From Lama guanicoe (taxonomy: Eukaryota), in the NCBI GenBank assembly GCA_013239625.1, contig MU053559.1, positions 3,412,607 to 3,476,606 of the forward strand: DNA of 64,000 nt, in the 5' to 3' direction. The notes below the pieces were generated by a model, which saw nothing but the letters and a program-made list of their open reading frames with translations, ran no database searches and had not been told where the DNA came from. Below, piece after piece: positions 23,971 through 38,069 of this stretch; within the stretch, counting starts at the first letter, position 1, and every line of letters starts with the position of its first letter. The translations under genes were made by a program, and so were the position numbers.

Positions 23971-24123
23971 GGGGAAAGTGTGTAGCTCAGTGGTAGAGTA
24001 TGTGCTTAGCATGCACGAGGTCCTAGATTCAATCCTCAGTGCCTCCATTAAAAATAAATAAATAAACCTAATTACTGCCCTCCCTCAAAAGAGACAAAAC
24101 AAACAAGCAAAATTAAAAAAAAA
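23971..24123 (+). mobile_element. Vic-1-like SINE, long-tail form
   Basis: 'tgtagctcagtggtagagtatgtgcttagcatgcacgaggtcctagattcaatcctcagtgcctcca...aaataaacctaattactgccc'. Confidence 0.92.
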
Positions 24124-24469
24124 TTCATCTCAATCTGACTTAAGAGCCGTTTCAAACTCTCCTTCAGGCTGCAACACACAAAATATTTTAGACTGTATTT
24201 TTTAAATTAATTCTGCACTATTGTTCTCTCCATTTGGAGTCTCTTTAATTCTCACTGATGTCTGCCCTGTCCTGGCTTTTGTTAATGAGTTTCTGTTCTC
24301 ATGGATAGATTTGTGGTGTCCAGCATTGAATGAGAGCTTCAGAGGGGATTTCACCCAGGCCTCCTGGGGAAGTAGTGTCCTGAGGTGGCCACCCAGGTAG
24401 AGCCTGGGACCAAGCAAAGGTGGGGCCCCTCAGAGATGGAAACTGCCTCCTTGAGATGAGATTAGGGGA

Positions 24470-24916
24470 TATGATGGTTAATTTTATATGTCATTTTATC
24501 ATAGGGTGCCCAGATATTTGGCTAAACATTATTTCTGAGCATGCCTGTGAAGGTGTTTCTGGTAGAGACTAACATTCGAATCTATAGACTGAGTAAAGCA
24601 GATTGCTCTCCCCAAGGTGGGTGGGCCTCGTGTAATCAGTTGAGGGTCCGAAAAGAACAAAAAGGTGGAGGAAGGGAGGATTTGTCACCTCTGCCTGACT
24701 GAGCTCAGACATCAGTCTTCTCCTTGCCCTCAAATTGGGACACAGCTCTCCTGTGTCTCCAGCTTGCCAGCTGTAGATCTTGGGACTTCTCAGCCTCCAT
24801 GTTCTCATGAGCCAATTCTTTATAATAAAATCTCATTTTATCTATATATCAATAGGTATAGGTATATCTCCTACTTCCTGTTGGTTCTGTTTCTCTGGAG
24901 AATCCTGACTAATACA
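24470..24916 (+). mobile_element. ERVL solo LTR (MLT2B-like)
   Basis: 'tgatggttaattttatatgtca...ttggttctgtttctctggagaatcctgactaataca'; perfect 5-bp TSD GGGGA (24465-24469 / 24917-24921). Confidence 0.93.
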
Positions 24917-26351
24917 GGGGACCACTGAATGTCCCGTTAGTTCTACCCCAATCATTTGGCCAACGTTTCCTGAGGAGACAGGGCCTTTACCAAAGAGAAC
25001 CAAAATTCCTACACCATCTCTCTCACAGAGTTTGCTGGCTGATCAAATGGGAAAAGAACGCAAAAACGACTTAGAAACTGTAAAGTGCTTTATAAAACTA
25101 AGCTGTTGGTGCAGTTCTTCATTCTTGGTTTCTGGGTTGCTTCAAAATGAATTAAGCCAACAGGATAAATGAGAGCCAATCCCCCATCTGGAAAGAACAG
25201 TTTGACTACAATGCTGGTGCTATGTGATTTTTTTTCACTCTTGGGCCTTCCTTTTATGAATAGAAATATCCACATTTTATTACTTTTAGCTCCTACAGGA
25301 TTTTCCCCTAAGATAGCCCAGCCAATTAGTTAGCTTCAGTTTTTCTTTGAACATTTAAAATGGTGAGGCTAGAAATGCAGAACATATTAAAATAATTATT
25401 AAAGACTTAGTTATACAAAAGAGTTACTTTCTCACACCATTCCAGGGAAAGAAAAGAATAAGAAAACCTGGAATTTGGGTTGAGTAGAAGAAGAACTTTC
25501 CTGATAAAGCTAATTATTTAATTACAACAGATTAATATTAGGACCATGCTTAGCAAATTTTTTTCCAGTTTGCTATAGTTGAATATCTCCAACAAGATTA
25601 AGCCAGTAATTTTCTTAGAGCCCATTATTAAAGTATTCCTATGTTTCTTTTTGGCTATTGTAAAACTCCTAGTTTTGTCACTTTCTTTCATAGATTTTAT
25701 GCTGGGACTGTTAAATCATCTCTACAGCTTTTCATGCAGACTTTCTGAATTTTTAAATGGTAGAAATCAGAAATCAGATCTCTACAGTGAAAGAATTCTT
25801 TTAGACCCTGTATAAAACATTTCTGTTTATATGTTCTCTCTTGGACCTTGGTTAAGTAATAGAGCTATCTAGCTAACATGTTTAGGAATTAAGCCTGCAA
25901 GTATTTTAGTCATATATAGGCACGACTATTGAATTTTATTGTATTGAATTCTAGTGATTACTTTTGCTGATTTCTCCTCTTGTATTTTAGCTGTTTCTTG
26001 AGTTTTACTAGGGGCTTTCAATACTGTGGTCCCTAGATTCCAGGGCAGCTTCTTCCCCGGAACTCCCCATGTCCAGAACGCCACTATGTGTAAACATGTT
26101 GAGTAGACTTGTTCTGTCTCCCAGGTCACTGATGTAAAGGCTGAAATGTAATGGATTCCAGACTGACCTTCAGGGTCATCGTTCCCGTGTGAGGTCTCAT
26201 GCTACCATCCCACTGGTGGCAGACTATAGCTGTTAAGAGCACTGTGTTTATTTGTTGAGCTTCGGGCAAGCTATGTGGTGGCTCCTGATGGGCAATTTAG
26301 GTGGAGATGCTCTATAAATGTCATGTCCTTGTGCTGCTTCCAAGATGTCAT

Positions 26352-26580
26352 GAGGCAGAGTAGTGTAAAGGCTTGAATGGATAGACCTAGGGTTTAAAAG
26401 CAGGCTCTGTCACTTACTGGCTGAAGGACCTTGGGTAAGCCACTTAGCCTCTTTAAGCCTCAATTTCTTAATCAATAACATGGAGATAATAATAGTAACC
26501 TCACAAAGTTGTCAGAATTATTGAAGTTTGTAAAGTGCTTGACATATCCAAGAGATCATTGTTTGATGACCACTCAATTC
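26352..26580 (+). mobile_element. MIR SINE
   Basis: 'ggctctgtcacttactggctgaaggaccttgggtaagccacttagcctctttaagcctcaatttc...ggagataataatagtaacctcac'. Confidence 0.88.
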
Positions 26581-27499
26581 ATAATGGGTCGCTGGGTGTG
26601 AACTTGTGCCCTTCCCCAAAACCATATGCTTTGGACCATATAGATTTTTCTAGTTTGCTAATGAATCTGTTGCTCCAAACAAAATCAAAGGCTCTTTCAA
26701 GTCAAGAGCAATTACATGTATTGTCTATGCAGTGATTTCAGATGGGAAATTCTGTTGAGTTAATTCCTTACAAAGCTATGAAAATTACTATTCTGTATCC
26801 ATTTTATTCTTAGAACTTAACAGTTTATCTTACTCCAATGTTATTCCTATATTTTCCAAAAAACCAGAAATGACATATGTAGTTCTATAACTTCTGGGGC
26901 CATCCTTCTTTAGTTTTTGTTATGTAAGATTTGCATGAGCATTTTTTTTTTAATCATTCCCACACACATTTTTCAGTCCAGAGCTCCTACGTATCCTAGT
27001 GTGAAGCAACAGGTCTGGCCCATCCCCATGTAACCAGACCATTACACAATGAACTTGTTCACACACAACATCACAACACATTGCTATTCTCCTGTCCATT
27101 TCAGGCGTGATCTGTCCTTATTCCCAGTTGGATCTACTTGGTCGTTAGTAAAGATGTTAAATAAGAACTTAATTTGACAGCAAAGCCCCCTCCCCACCAA
27201 CAGCTGGCTCAATTAGAAAGCCCTGAAATGGTGAAAAAGGACACTTTGTGTTATCACAATGAACTATTTCCTTTCCGTACATTATAGAAATGGTATGTGT
27301 AGGGAGTGTGGAACATGTCACATGTTTGGTATTTAATGATGACTTTGTTCCAGAGCCTAAAGAAATATTTGTATGCAACACACTACATTTGACTTGAATC
27401 TGGAGTTGGAAGTTGCTTCAATGAGCTCGAGCAAATTGAAAAGTCATGAGCAAAGAAATGCTGGGATAATGCAAAGTATCCTGCTTAAGTCCACCCTTC

Positions 27500-27610
27500 C
27501 GTGGCTTTCCAATTTATGAAAGAGACATCTAATAGAGCTACTGCGGTCACTTTCGCATGACTCCTTATTTAACATCTTTATTAATGATCTCGAGTGTCAG
27601 TTTGCAGCCC
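27500..27610 (+). mobile_element. CR1/L3 RT fragment; probable continuation at about 28350-28520
   Basis: 27565-27591 translates to LFNIFINDL, a CR1 RT motif. Downstream 'ctagaaagagtt' (LERV) is in a CR1-like context. Confidence 0.65.
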
Positions 27611-27611
27611 C

Positions 27612-28345
27612 TAGGAAATTAACAGAGCTAGATATTGATCATCAAAGGCTGGTAACATCACAAAGATATAACCATATATTATGTAATTCCTGGTGGAAAA
27701 ACACATTGCCACTTCTGAAGCAGTCTTGTCAAAAAGAGCAAACCTGAATCTGAACAAATCTCTAGATCCTGCAACCAATTTACAGGAGCTGCAAAGACAG
27801 GAAACATATTAAGTGACACCATAAAGGTGCAATCAGCAAAATCTAGACTGTGCGGAGTCTGTAAGTCAAACAATCCAATGCCTTCACAAACTGAAAGCAA
27901 AAAAAGAGACAGAAGGGGTATCCACAAAATTAAAGAGATTTAAAAAACAGATTGTTCAATGACAACATGTTGATTTTATTTATATACTAGTTCAGATAGT
28001 TAAAAAAGATTTATAAGATAAATGGAAATTTGAGCACTGATTGGGTATTTGATGATCTTAAGGAATTATTCTTTTTAAAGGTATGGTAATAGTATTGTCT
28101 TTATTTTTTTTGAAGAGTCTTTATTATTTGGAGATGCATATTGAAATCTTTTCAGATAAGATGATCTTATGTTTTGATTTGCTGCAAAATAACGTGGGAA
28201 AGGAAGAAGTGAGTGAGGGTATACACGAGAGAAGATGGAAGAAAAGTAGTAGTTACTGAAGTTGGGTAATAGGGGCTCATTATACTATTCTCTTTCTTTT
28301 TATGTCCATTTAAAGTTGTTTTTTTTTTAATAATTTTTAAAAAGT
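27612..28345 (+). mobile_element. Ancient L1 3' UTR (L1MC/L1ME-like)
   Basis: 'aaacctgaatctgaacaaatctctagatcc...tgcaatcagcaaaatctagactgtg...tatttgatgatcttaaggaattatt...ggggctcattatactattctc'. Confidence 0.8.
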
Positions 28346-28689
28346 AAATCAAAGCATTGTGAGATCCTAAATCTCAAGCAAGAAAACAAAATCAAGAAAT
28401 GGATGTATGATGCAACTGTGAAGTGCTGTGATGGGCACTGTATTTAAATTATGTTCAATATTCTATATATGCTTCTACAAAGAGATGAATTAATTCACTA
28501 GAAAGAGTTTCAACAAGACTTAAAAGATCTTGCTCAAGGTTCTGAAATTGGTACTTGGCCGAGCCTAGCTCTGAACCCATCTTTGTGTCTTCAGATTTAT
28601 ACTTTTAACTCCCAAGCTATATGCCTACTGTTTCCAGGTATAGGAGAGGCAAAGAACGAAAAAAAAAAAAAAAGAAAAGAAAACCACAA

Positions 28690-29030
28690 ATGTTATTTAT
28701 TAGTGGTGTCTTTGTGCTAGGCACTTTATACACATATCTGATTTTAATGCTAACTTTAGAAAAAGAATATGAAAACAAATATATGTATGTATATGCGTGA
28801 CTGGGACATTGTGCTGTACACCAGAGATTGACATATTGTAACTGACTATACTTCAATTAAAAAAAAAGAAAAAAAATCCTAACTTTAAATCTTGAGTGGG
28901 CATTATTATCTCTAGTTTACAGCTGGTGAAACGGAGACTGAGTAAAAGAAAGTAACTTTCTCAGAGTCACATAGCCAGTATGAAAAGAATCGGGGATATT
29001 CACGTGGTTCAGTCTGATGTCAGAACATCC
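28690..29030 (-). mobile_element. MIR split by an L1 tail
   Basis: 'gtgctaggcactttatacacatatctgattttaat' continues as 'cattattatctctagtttacagctggtgaaacggagactgag'. Confidence 0.75.
28759..28874 (+). mobile_element. Short L1 3' tail (lineage-specific)
   Basis: 13-bp TSD AAT[G/C]CTAACTTTA (28746-28758 / 28875-28887) at a TTTT/AA endonuclease site. Confidence 0.92.
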
Positions 29031-29201
29031 TGGAACCTCTTTCAGGACAGTGCAAAGAAATATATGTGTAAACAGTAATAATAATGTGATAACATGATTG
29101 ACGTTTCTATGAATGTGTTGCCTTTAAAGGGTGAAGGGGGATCTTACCTTCATTTCTTCAACAAACTAGGAATCTCCAAATTTTTGTTTTAACACAGTCC
29201 T

Positions 29202-29665
29202 TGTAGCAAATGCCTTTGGTGCACCATACTACATTGCTTGTAGTGGGCAGCATCTACGTACACTGAGAGTCCCACCCCAAGTGTCAGCCACTTCTACCTG
29301 CTTTCCGGAACTCGCTCAGCTCACACAGGGCAGTCTGGAAGTGTATGTGGGTGGAGTCAACTCTGGGAGGGAGGAGGGAGGGACCCTTCACCAGTGGGAG
29401 ATGAGAGTCAGCAGATAAATGCTTCAGCTGCCCATCTTTGAAGGAACAATTCCAATTCCAAGGCACATTTGGTAGTTCTTCAGAGAGTTCCTCGTAGGAT
29501 TGAGCCTCAGCTGCCCACAGAAGTTGCCAGATCAACAATGTATTGGCTTTTCCATCTTCCCAGTCTCACGTGCCCTATTCCTTTACTCTTGCTTCCAGGA
29601 TCACCTCCTAGATAAAATCCCTGCACCAAGGTTTTTGTCTCAGCTCTGCTTGAGAACTGGAACCC
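29202..29665 (+). mobile_element. ERVL-class LTR (LTR33/LTR16 group)
   Basis: Starts 'tgtagcaaatgc'; ends 'cttccaggatcacctcctagataaaatccctgcaccaagg...gtctcagctctgctt'. Confidence 0.65.
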
Positions 29666-30014
29666 CTCTTAATAAAAAAATTCTGTGTCCACTCTTAATA
29701 TATGCATATGTGTTTATTTATAAATTATATTCATCATTATTTCATTATATATACTGTAAAACCTACACTAAGAAATTCCACAAAGGTGAAATAAACATAA
29801 AAATAAGCAATATTATAAAAATAGTTTTTTTAAAATGTCTATTTTCTGTTTATTTGTTATAGTGTAGACATTATGTTAGTATAATCATAGTCAATACTTA
29901 TAAAATATATAAAAGATAAATGAGCACTCATGGAAGATGCACACACTAAATATTTCATGGATGTGTTGCCCATAAAAAAGTGGAAGATCACTGCTCTAGA
30001 CTGTGGTCATTCTA

Positions 30015-32465
30015 TTTTTTTAAAAATAAACTTTTTTTTTTAGAGCAGTTTTAGATTCACAGCAAAATTGAGCAGCAAGTTCAGAGATTCCCATAATTCC
30101 CTGCTCCCACACACCTACAGCCTCCCCCACTGTCAACATCCTGCACCAGCATGGTTGCAGTCAATGAACCTATATCAACACATCATCATCCAAAGTCCAT
30201 AGTTTACATTAAGGTTCACAGTCGGTGTTGTACATTATATGGGTTTGGACAAGTGTAAGCGAAGTATATCCACTATTGTTGTATCATATAGATTAGTTTC
30301 ATTGACCACCCTCCCCACCCCCGCCAAATCCTCTACGCTCCACCTTTGCATTCTTTCGTCTCCCCCAACCCCGGGCAACCACTGATCTTTTTACTGTCTC
30401 CATAGTTTTGCCTTTTCCAGAATGTCATATGATTGGAATCATACAGTGTGTAGGCTTTTCAGATTGGCTTCTTTCACTTAGTAACATGCATTTGATTCCT
30501 CCATATCTTTTCATGGCTTGACATCACATTTCTTTTCAACACTGAATAATATTCCATTGTATAGGTGTAGTGTAATTTATTTATCCATTCACCTACTGAA
30601 GGACATCTTGACTGCTTACAAATGTTGGCAATTATCAATACGTTTGTGTGTGTTGGTTTTTGTGTGGACATATGTTTTCATCACTTTCGAGTAACTACCA
30701 AGGGGTACAGTTTCTGGATTATATGGCAAGAGTATGTTTAGTTTTTTAAGAAACCAACTGTTTTCCAAAGTGGTTGTACTGTTTTGCATGCCCCCCCACA
30801 ATGAAGGAGAACTCCTGTTGCTCCACACCCTCACTAGCACGTGGTGTGGTGTTGGCAGTGTTTTGGATTTTTGCCGTTCTAATAAGTGGGTAATGATTAT
30901 TTCAGTATTGTTTTACTGTGCAGTTTCCTAATATATGATGTTGAGCATCTTTTTGTATGTTTATTTGCCATCTGTGCATCTTCTTTGATGAGGTTTCTGT
31001 TCAGATATTTTGCCTATTTTTAATCAGTTTTTTCCCCCTTATTGTTGTGTGTTAAGAGTTCCTCCTATGTTTTGGATAACAGTCTTTTCTCAGATATGTC
31101 TTTTGCAAATACTTACCTCTGGTCTGCAGCTTGTCTTCTTATTCTCTTGACAGTGTCTTTCACAGAGCAGGTTTTACTTTTAACAAAATCCATATTATCA
31201 ATTATTCTTTCACGAACTGTATCTTTACTGTTGTGTTTGTACCTACAAAGTCACCTCCAAATGCAAGATAATTTAGATTTTCTCCTAAGTTATCCTCTAG
31301 GAATTTTATAGTTTTGCATTTTACATTTAGGTCTATGATCCATTTTGAGTAAGTTTTAAGGCCTGTGTTTACATTCATCTTTTATCCATGTGGGTATCCA
31401 GTTGTTCCCACACCATTTGTTGAAAAGGGTACATTTTCTCCATCGTATTGTCTATGCCCTTTTGTCAAAGGTCAATTGACGGCATATGCGTGTCTATTTC
31501 TGGGCTCTCTGTTCTGGTCTATTGATCTATTTGTTTATTCTTTCACCACACAGTCTTGATTACTGTGCCTTTATAGTAAGTCTTAGAGTAGAATAGTGTC
31601 AGTCATCCAGTTGTTTTTCTCATTCAATATTGTTGTGACTATTTTGAGTCTTTTGCCCCTCTATGTAAACTTTAGAATTCTTTTGTCTATAACTGCAAAA
31701 TAACTTGCTGAGATTTTGATTGGGATTATGTTGACTCTATAGATCAAGTTGGGAAGAACTTTCAATTTGAAAATATTGAATCTTCCCATTCATGAGCATG
31801 AAATATCTATTCAGTTCATTGACTTATTTCATCAGAGTATTGTAAATTTCCTCATAAAGATCTTATACACATTTTATGAGATTTATACCTAGTTATTTCA
31901 TCTGTGGGGATGCTAACGCAAGTGGTATTGTGTTTCTAATTTCAAATTCCACTTGTACATTGCTAGTGTTTAGCAAAGTGAGTAACTTTTGTATATTAAC
32001 TTTGTATCCCGCAACTTTGCTAAAATCACTTATTAGTTCCAGGAAGGTTTTTTTTTTGTTTGTTTATTCTTTCAGATTTTTCTACAGAGACAATCACATC
32101 ATCTATGAACAAAGACAGTTTTATTTCTTTTATCCTAATTGTTGAAAAGGAGTGGTGAGTGGGGACATCCTTCCTTTGTTTCTCAACTGAGTTAGAAAAG
32201 CTTCAAGTTTCTTACCATTAAGTATGGTATTAGCTGTAGTTTTTTGTAAATGTTCTTTATTAAGTTGAGGAATTTTCCCTCTATTCCTAGTTGGCTGAGA
32301 GTTTTTAATTGTGAATGGATGTTGGATTTTGTCAAATGCTTTTTCTGCATCTATTAATATGATCATGTCATTTGTCTCCCTTAACTTATAGATGTGATGA
32401 TTATATTAATTGATTTTTGAATGTTGACCTATACTTGCATATCTGGAGTAAATCCCGTTTGGCTA
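30015..32465 (-). mobile_element. L1 (L1MB/L1MC-like), ORF2 RT to 3' UTR, degenerate
   Basis: 3' end 'ttttagagcagttttagattcacagcaaaattgagc'; ORF 32130-32366 MIILIDAEKAFDKIQHPF is a canonical L1 RT motif. Confidence 0.95.
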
Positions 32466-33457
32466 CAAAAAGGTTTTATTATTATTATTATTAAGTAAAG
32501 GAACACAACCTTTTTTTGATCTTACTAAATTTACTTTGTAAGTGAAAGCAGTGTGATATAATATGCTTTACACTTTTTTAAAATATCAGTTTAACACTTT
32601 GTGAAAATGTGATTTGAAAGTCTGGTGCTAAATTTCATTTATTTTGATGAAACTTGGTTGTAAAGGTTTGACATGGCTGGAAAAGACATTAATAAAGATG
32701 TAAATTCAAAAGGAAGAAGTGGATCATTGGCTGCAGTGACTAATGGCAACAATCTTTTCAAGCCATATATCAATTATGCAAAGATTTTTGTTGAAAGTTG
32801 GCTAGTGAATTTCTATCTTTTAATGTCAAATTATTCTAATCAAACAAGTAGAAGATGCAGCATTTGGAAGATATCCTCATTTGGAAGGTAGGATTGAAAA
32901 GTCCATTTTTGTGGGTTTTGTAATGTGTGCAGATATTATGCGAAAGTTTTTATGTCACCCATACACATTGTTTTCTGCAACAAAAATAACACAATGAAGA
33001 AAACTTCCAAACATTTATGCTCTCTCCATAGCATAGATTTCTTTCCAAAAGTAATTTCTCACTCATTTAAAAAATTTCCACTATTTTAACATCAGTGGGA
33101 AAGATTGTGTGTTTTCTTTAGTTTATGCTAAATAACGAAAATTAGGATAACTTGTCATCCTAGTAAAGGTCAGGAAATTTGGAACCTTTATATAGAGTAA
33201 AAGAAAAATGCAATAGTCATCTTTGTTTCACACTTTAAAAATTTCTTTCCCACAAGATCTTTCCTGTATGGTGTAGTAAGTGATTATTTCATGATTATTA
33301 CTCATCCCATCAGGAAGTTTTATACAGATGTTGGTATTTAAGATAATATAATCCATAAATCCACCTAACTGAGCAGTCAGATTTCAATCCCACACAACAT
33401 ACAGACAGCGAGTCAACAAGCGAGGATGTCTTGGCCATTCCATGGTATTTAAACATT

Positions 33458-33695
33458 TTTCTTCTTTTAATTGAGATAAAATTCGCATAACGTAAAATTT
33501 ACAGTTTTAATCATTTTAAAGTGTACAATTCAGTGATTGTTGGCATATTCACTATATTGTACAATCATCTTCCTCCATCTGATTCCAGAACGTTTCATCA
33601 TCTCAAAAAGAAACTTTGTACCATTAAACAGTCACTCCCCATTCTACCCTCTCCCCAGCCCCTGGCAATCCCCCCATCTGCTTTCTGTCTTCACT
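33458..33695 (-). mobile_element. L1MB-like 3' end
   Basis: 'ttttaattgagataaaattcgcataacgtaaaattt...aagtgtacaattcagtg...ccccagcccctggcaa'. Confidence 0.88.
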
Positions 33696-34114
33696 GTATT
33701 TTGAAGCTCCCTCTTTTCTCTTAGAATAAGGTGACCATTATGTATATCACATGACCTCTGAGAGGATGCCAATTCAACCAGCATACTAAATATCATCACA
33801 GCCTATTCAATTCCTTACTTTTTAAAATTAAAAATATTATCGAAATTCTGATGACTTCTTCCTAAAGACTGCACTAAACCTTTATTGAGCACAGTTCCTA
33901 GGATGCTGTAGGTGTTCAGTAAATCATTGTTGGATGAACAAAGGAATTTCCTTCCCCACTTTGAATCTCTCTCTCCTTCCCTCTCTCTTTTTCATACACA
34001 CACACAACTTTATGTACAAAGAAAAGTGAATCAAATAATAACTTTTTAATTTAGATTTCAGGTAAACAGAAAATTGAATTAGTCACCAAGGTCCCTTCCA
34101 GGTCTAGAATTCTG

Positions 34115-34910
34115 TATACACACACACACACACATGCACGCACAATGGACTTCTTCATCCATTCATCTGTTGATAGACACTTAGGTAGCATCCATATCTT
34201 GGTTATCATAAATAATGCTGCTATGAAGATTGGGGTGCGTGTGTTTTTTCAAATTAGTGTTTTCATTTTCTTTGAATATATACCCAGGAGTGGAATTGCT
34301 GGATCATATAGTAGTTCTATTTTTAATGTTTTGAAGAACCTCTATACTGTTTTCCATAGTGGCTGCACCAATTTACGTTCCCACTAACAGTGTACAAGGG
34401 TTCCCTGTTCTCCACATCCTTGCTGACATTTATTTGCTCTTTTTCACGAGAGCCATTCTAACAGGTGTGAGGTGACATTTCCTTGTGGTTTTGATTTGCA
34501 TTTCCTTGATGATTAATAACGTTGAGCATCTTTCCATGTGCCTCTTGGCCATCTGTATGTCTTCTTTGGAAAAACATCTGTTGAGGTCTTCTGCTCATTT
34601 TCCAATCAATTTGTTTGTCTTTTTGGTATGAGATTTTTATACATGTTTGATATTAACCAGACATATCATTTGCAACTATTTTCACCCATTCCATAGGTTG
34701 CCTTTTCATTTTGTTGCTGATTTCCCTTGCCTTGCAGAAGGTTTTAAGTGTAATTAGGTCCCATTTACTAATTTTGCTTTTATTTCTCTTGCCTGAGGAG
34801 ATAGATCCAAAAATATATTGTTAAGACTTATGTCAAAGAGTATACTGCCTATGTTTTCCTCTAGGAGTTCTACGGTTTCTGGTCTAACATTTATGTCTTT
34901 AATCCACAAT
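34115..34910 (-). mobile_element. L1 ORF2 3' fragment with (CA)n
   Basis: 'atccattcatctgttgatagacacttagg...cccaggagtggaattgctggatcatat...ttgatttgcatttcc'. Confidence 0.93.
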
Positions 34911-35407
34911 TATTTTCTTAAAAACCCATAAATTGTAACCTTGATCCAGCTTCTGAGTCAATATTCTTATTTTCCTTTTTAATTTAAAAATGCTTTTGGC
35001 TGTGACAGCTCATGGTCACATGGAAACTGAGTACTCACAGCAGTTTCTAGATTACTCACAGGGCCTTTGAGGGTCTGGTGGCTGTGTAAGGCAGATGTAT
35101 CAACAGGTGTCTTCTCCATCTGTTACACAGGCCTCTTCACATCCAGAACAAGCTAGAACCCGGCCCCTTGCCAGAGCCAGCCATAACAGGAGGGGTGTCT
35201 TAAGGATCATCTCAGAATTCTTCTGGCCCATAGCAGATGGAATCACAACATTAGAATTATTTGACAAGTAGAATGTAATTTTTTTGGTAACTCATATTTA
35301 TTAGCTGTTTGTACACAAAGATGTTTGGGAAAGATAGTAAAATAATTTTTATATAAATTTCACTTTTTATATGATCTTGTAGATAGTTTTAAAAAGTAAA
35401 GCATATA

Positions 35408-36152
35408 AAATCAAAGCTAAAATGAGGTATGACCTCATATCCGTCAGAATGGTCATCATCAAAAAGTCCACAAATGATAAATGCTGGTGAGGGTGTGGAG
35501 AAGAGAGAACCCTCCTGCACTGTTGGTGGGAATGCAGTTTGGTGCAGCCATTGTGGAAAACAGTATAGAGATTCCTTAAAAAACTAAAAATAAGACTACT
35601 ATATGGTCCAGCATTCCCACTCCTGGGCATATATCCAAAGGAATTGAAATCAGGATCTTGTCGAGATATCTGTCCTCCCATGTTCACAAGAGCCAAGATA
35701 TGGAAACAACCTAAATTGTCTGTCAACAGATGAATGGATATATACACAATGGAATATTATTCAGCCATGAGAAAGAAGGAAATCTTGCCATTTACAACAA
35801 CACGAATGGACCTTGAGGGCATTATGCTAAGCGAAACAAGTCAGAGAAGAGCAAATACTGTATGATCTTACTTATATGTGGAATCTAAAAAAGCCAAAAT
35901 TGGGGGGGAGGGGTGGATAAATTAGGAGTTTGGGGTTAGCAGATACAAGCTACTATGTACATAATAGATAAACAACAAAGTCCTATTGTACAGCACAGAA
36001 AGCTATCTTCAATGGCTTGTAATAACCTATAATGAAAAGGAAGATGAAAAATAATATATATGTATGTATAACTGAATTACCATGCTGTACATTGGAGACC
36101 AGCACAACTTTGTAAATCAACTATAGTTCAATTAAAAAATAAAATAAACACA
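35408..36152 (+). mobile_element. 5'-truncated L1 (ORF2 Cys-rich end and 3' UTR)
   Basis: HCWWEC at 35518-35535; perfect 17-bp TSD AAAAAGTAAAGCATATA (35391-35407 / 36153-36169) at TTTT/AAAAA. Confidence 0.95.
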
Positions 36153-38069
36153 AAAAAGTAAAGCATATACAGGGTTAGAAAATTCAAACAGTACATAAGT
36201 GAACAAAATTAGAGGTGAACATTTATCTCCTTGCACCTCTAGTCTCTCTCCTCAAAGACAACTCCTACTAACACATTTTGGGGGCTCCCTCCCCAAGCCC
36301 CAAATTATTTAGGCATATACCAAGAAATCAGTTAACCACTCTATCTATCTATTCAAAGCTCTACTTTTATTTACACAAAAAGAATCATTCCATACACACT
36401 CTTCTGCACCTTGCTTCTTGGAGATATTTTCATATTAGCCTAGATAAGCTTAACCATCCCTTCTTGGTGTCTGCAAAATGACAAAGAGAGAGTATAGAGT
36501 AATGGTTAAGAGCATAAACCCTGAAGCCAAAGGCAGGGAGAGAAGGAGGGAAAAAGGGAGGGAGGGTAGAAAGGACAGAGAGAGAGAGAGGGAGAGAACG
36601 GAGGGATGGAGCATAGGATGCCCATGGAGGAGCATAAAATGTACATGTACAGTCTGGAGGATTCTACCCCAGAAACGCTTTTATTCAGATGAGGCTTTCT
36701 GTTGCAGAGGAATAGGCTTTGTGCTAAGATCGAGCTGAATGCCACGCCTGATAGCCCTACTCTGGCCAAAACAGGTAAGGAAAGATGGATCTGGGGAGAG
36801 TAGTGGGTACGACTGAGTAGATTCTCTCAGGACTCTAGAAATGTTGCAATTCTTAATGGTACTTAATTTAATTTCTACTACGATCCCATTGGGCTGGATT
36901 GATAGGAAATCCAAACCTTTAGAAGCATCCCTTACTCCACGGTGATGCAAAGGTCCTGTGGTTTTCCAGGTGGCAAGACCACACATACATATCTCTAAGT
37001 CTTTAAGTTAACTGTCACCCTTGTTACAGTTGAGAAGGCCTTCCTCACAGCCCATAGGCTCTCCCAGCTCCCCAGGTGTGCTGAGAGCACAGTCTTCTGC
37101 CCTAGAATGAGGGCCTCTGTGGCCAGTGGAAGCCTCCCTAAGGGGCATTGCATAGTCCTTCCCCTCTGAGTTTGGCCCCGTCCCCAGGGTGCAGACCTGC
37201 AGATCGCCTCTATTTGCAGAAGCCACAAAATGTGACCCTTCCTGGGTTTCCCTGGCTCTCTCTACTCTAGAGTCACGGCCTTAAGGCACCCCCCTACTTC
37301 TTTCTTGTAGCCCCAATTTCCACATTATCGACTTCAGCTCTCCCGCTGCCAATTTTCTCTGAGATGAGGAAGCCCAGAGTCTGGTTATCAGCTGGAAATA
37401 GGAAAAGGGAAAACGACATGCAGAGAGTGGGGGACGTAAATTAATACCTCAAAAATTATCTGGTCATATTACAATAGAACAAGAATAGTTTTCTTGAGCG
37501 ACCTATCCCTACTCAGGAAGGTTGTAATAAGTATACTGTTTTTACTCTTCAGGTATGAAAATCAGTCTATCACTCTTAGATTTCTCTGGTTCCACCAGGA
37601 AATGATTACATCCAATTTGGAGGAGCCAGTGTTCACTTCTGCCCGAACTGCTGACATAGGACAGAGCATCTCTGAGTGGGAGTATGACATGGGGGCTGGG
37701 GGTGTGTAATGCTAAGCTTGGTCGGAAGAGGAAGTGAAGACTCACATACGTTGGTCCAGGTTTGATTCTGGGAATCCATGTAGAGACGCATATATCTTAT
37801 CACACCTATGCGATGACAGGGAGAAGAAGTTCTAAACTAACTTTCACCAAACCTCATCCCCTCTCAAAGCACGAGGCAGTCAGAGATCTCTTGTTCAGTC
37901 CAGGCCAGAAGAGGGATTCAGTTTTCCCTGAGGATGTATACTGCCCTGTGGTCTGGAGTGGACCCTTGCATGGGCCATGCTGGAATAATCTAGAACCCCA
38001 AACTTTCAGACTATTTGGATCATCTTTACTGAAAACTCTTTGAAGGCAGGCCTGAGTCTTGGCCAACAT

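Noticed and set aside
26205..26225. CTCF site (CCCACTGGTGGCAG); similar partial matches near 8260 and 62620
   Set aside because: Several mismatches at core positions; indistinguishable from chance without a PWM scan or ChIP data.
30015..32465. Active reverse transcriptase gene
   Set aside because: Fragmented ancient L1 with many stops and frameshifts, and 5' truncated.
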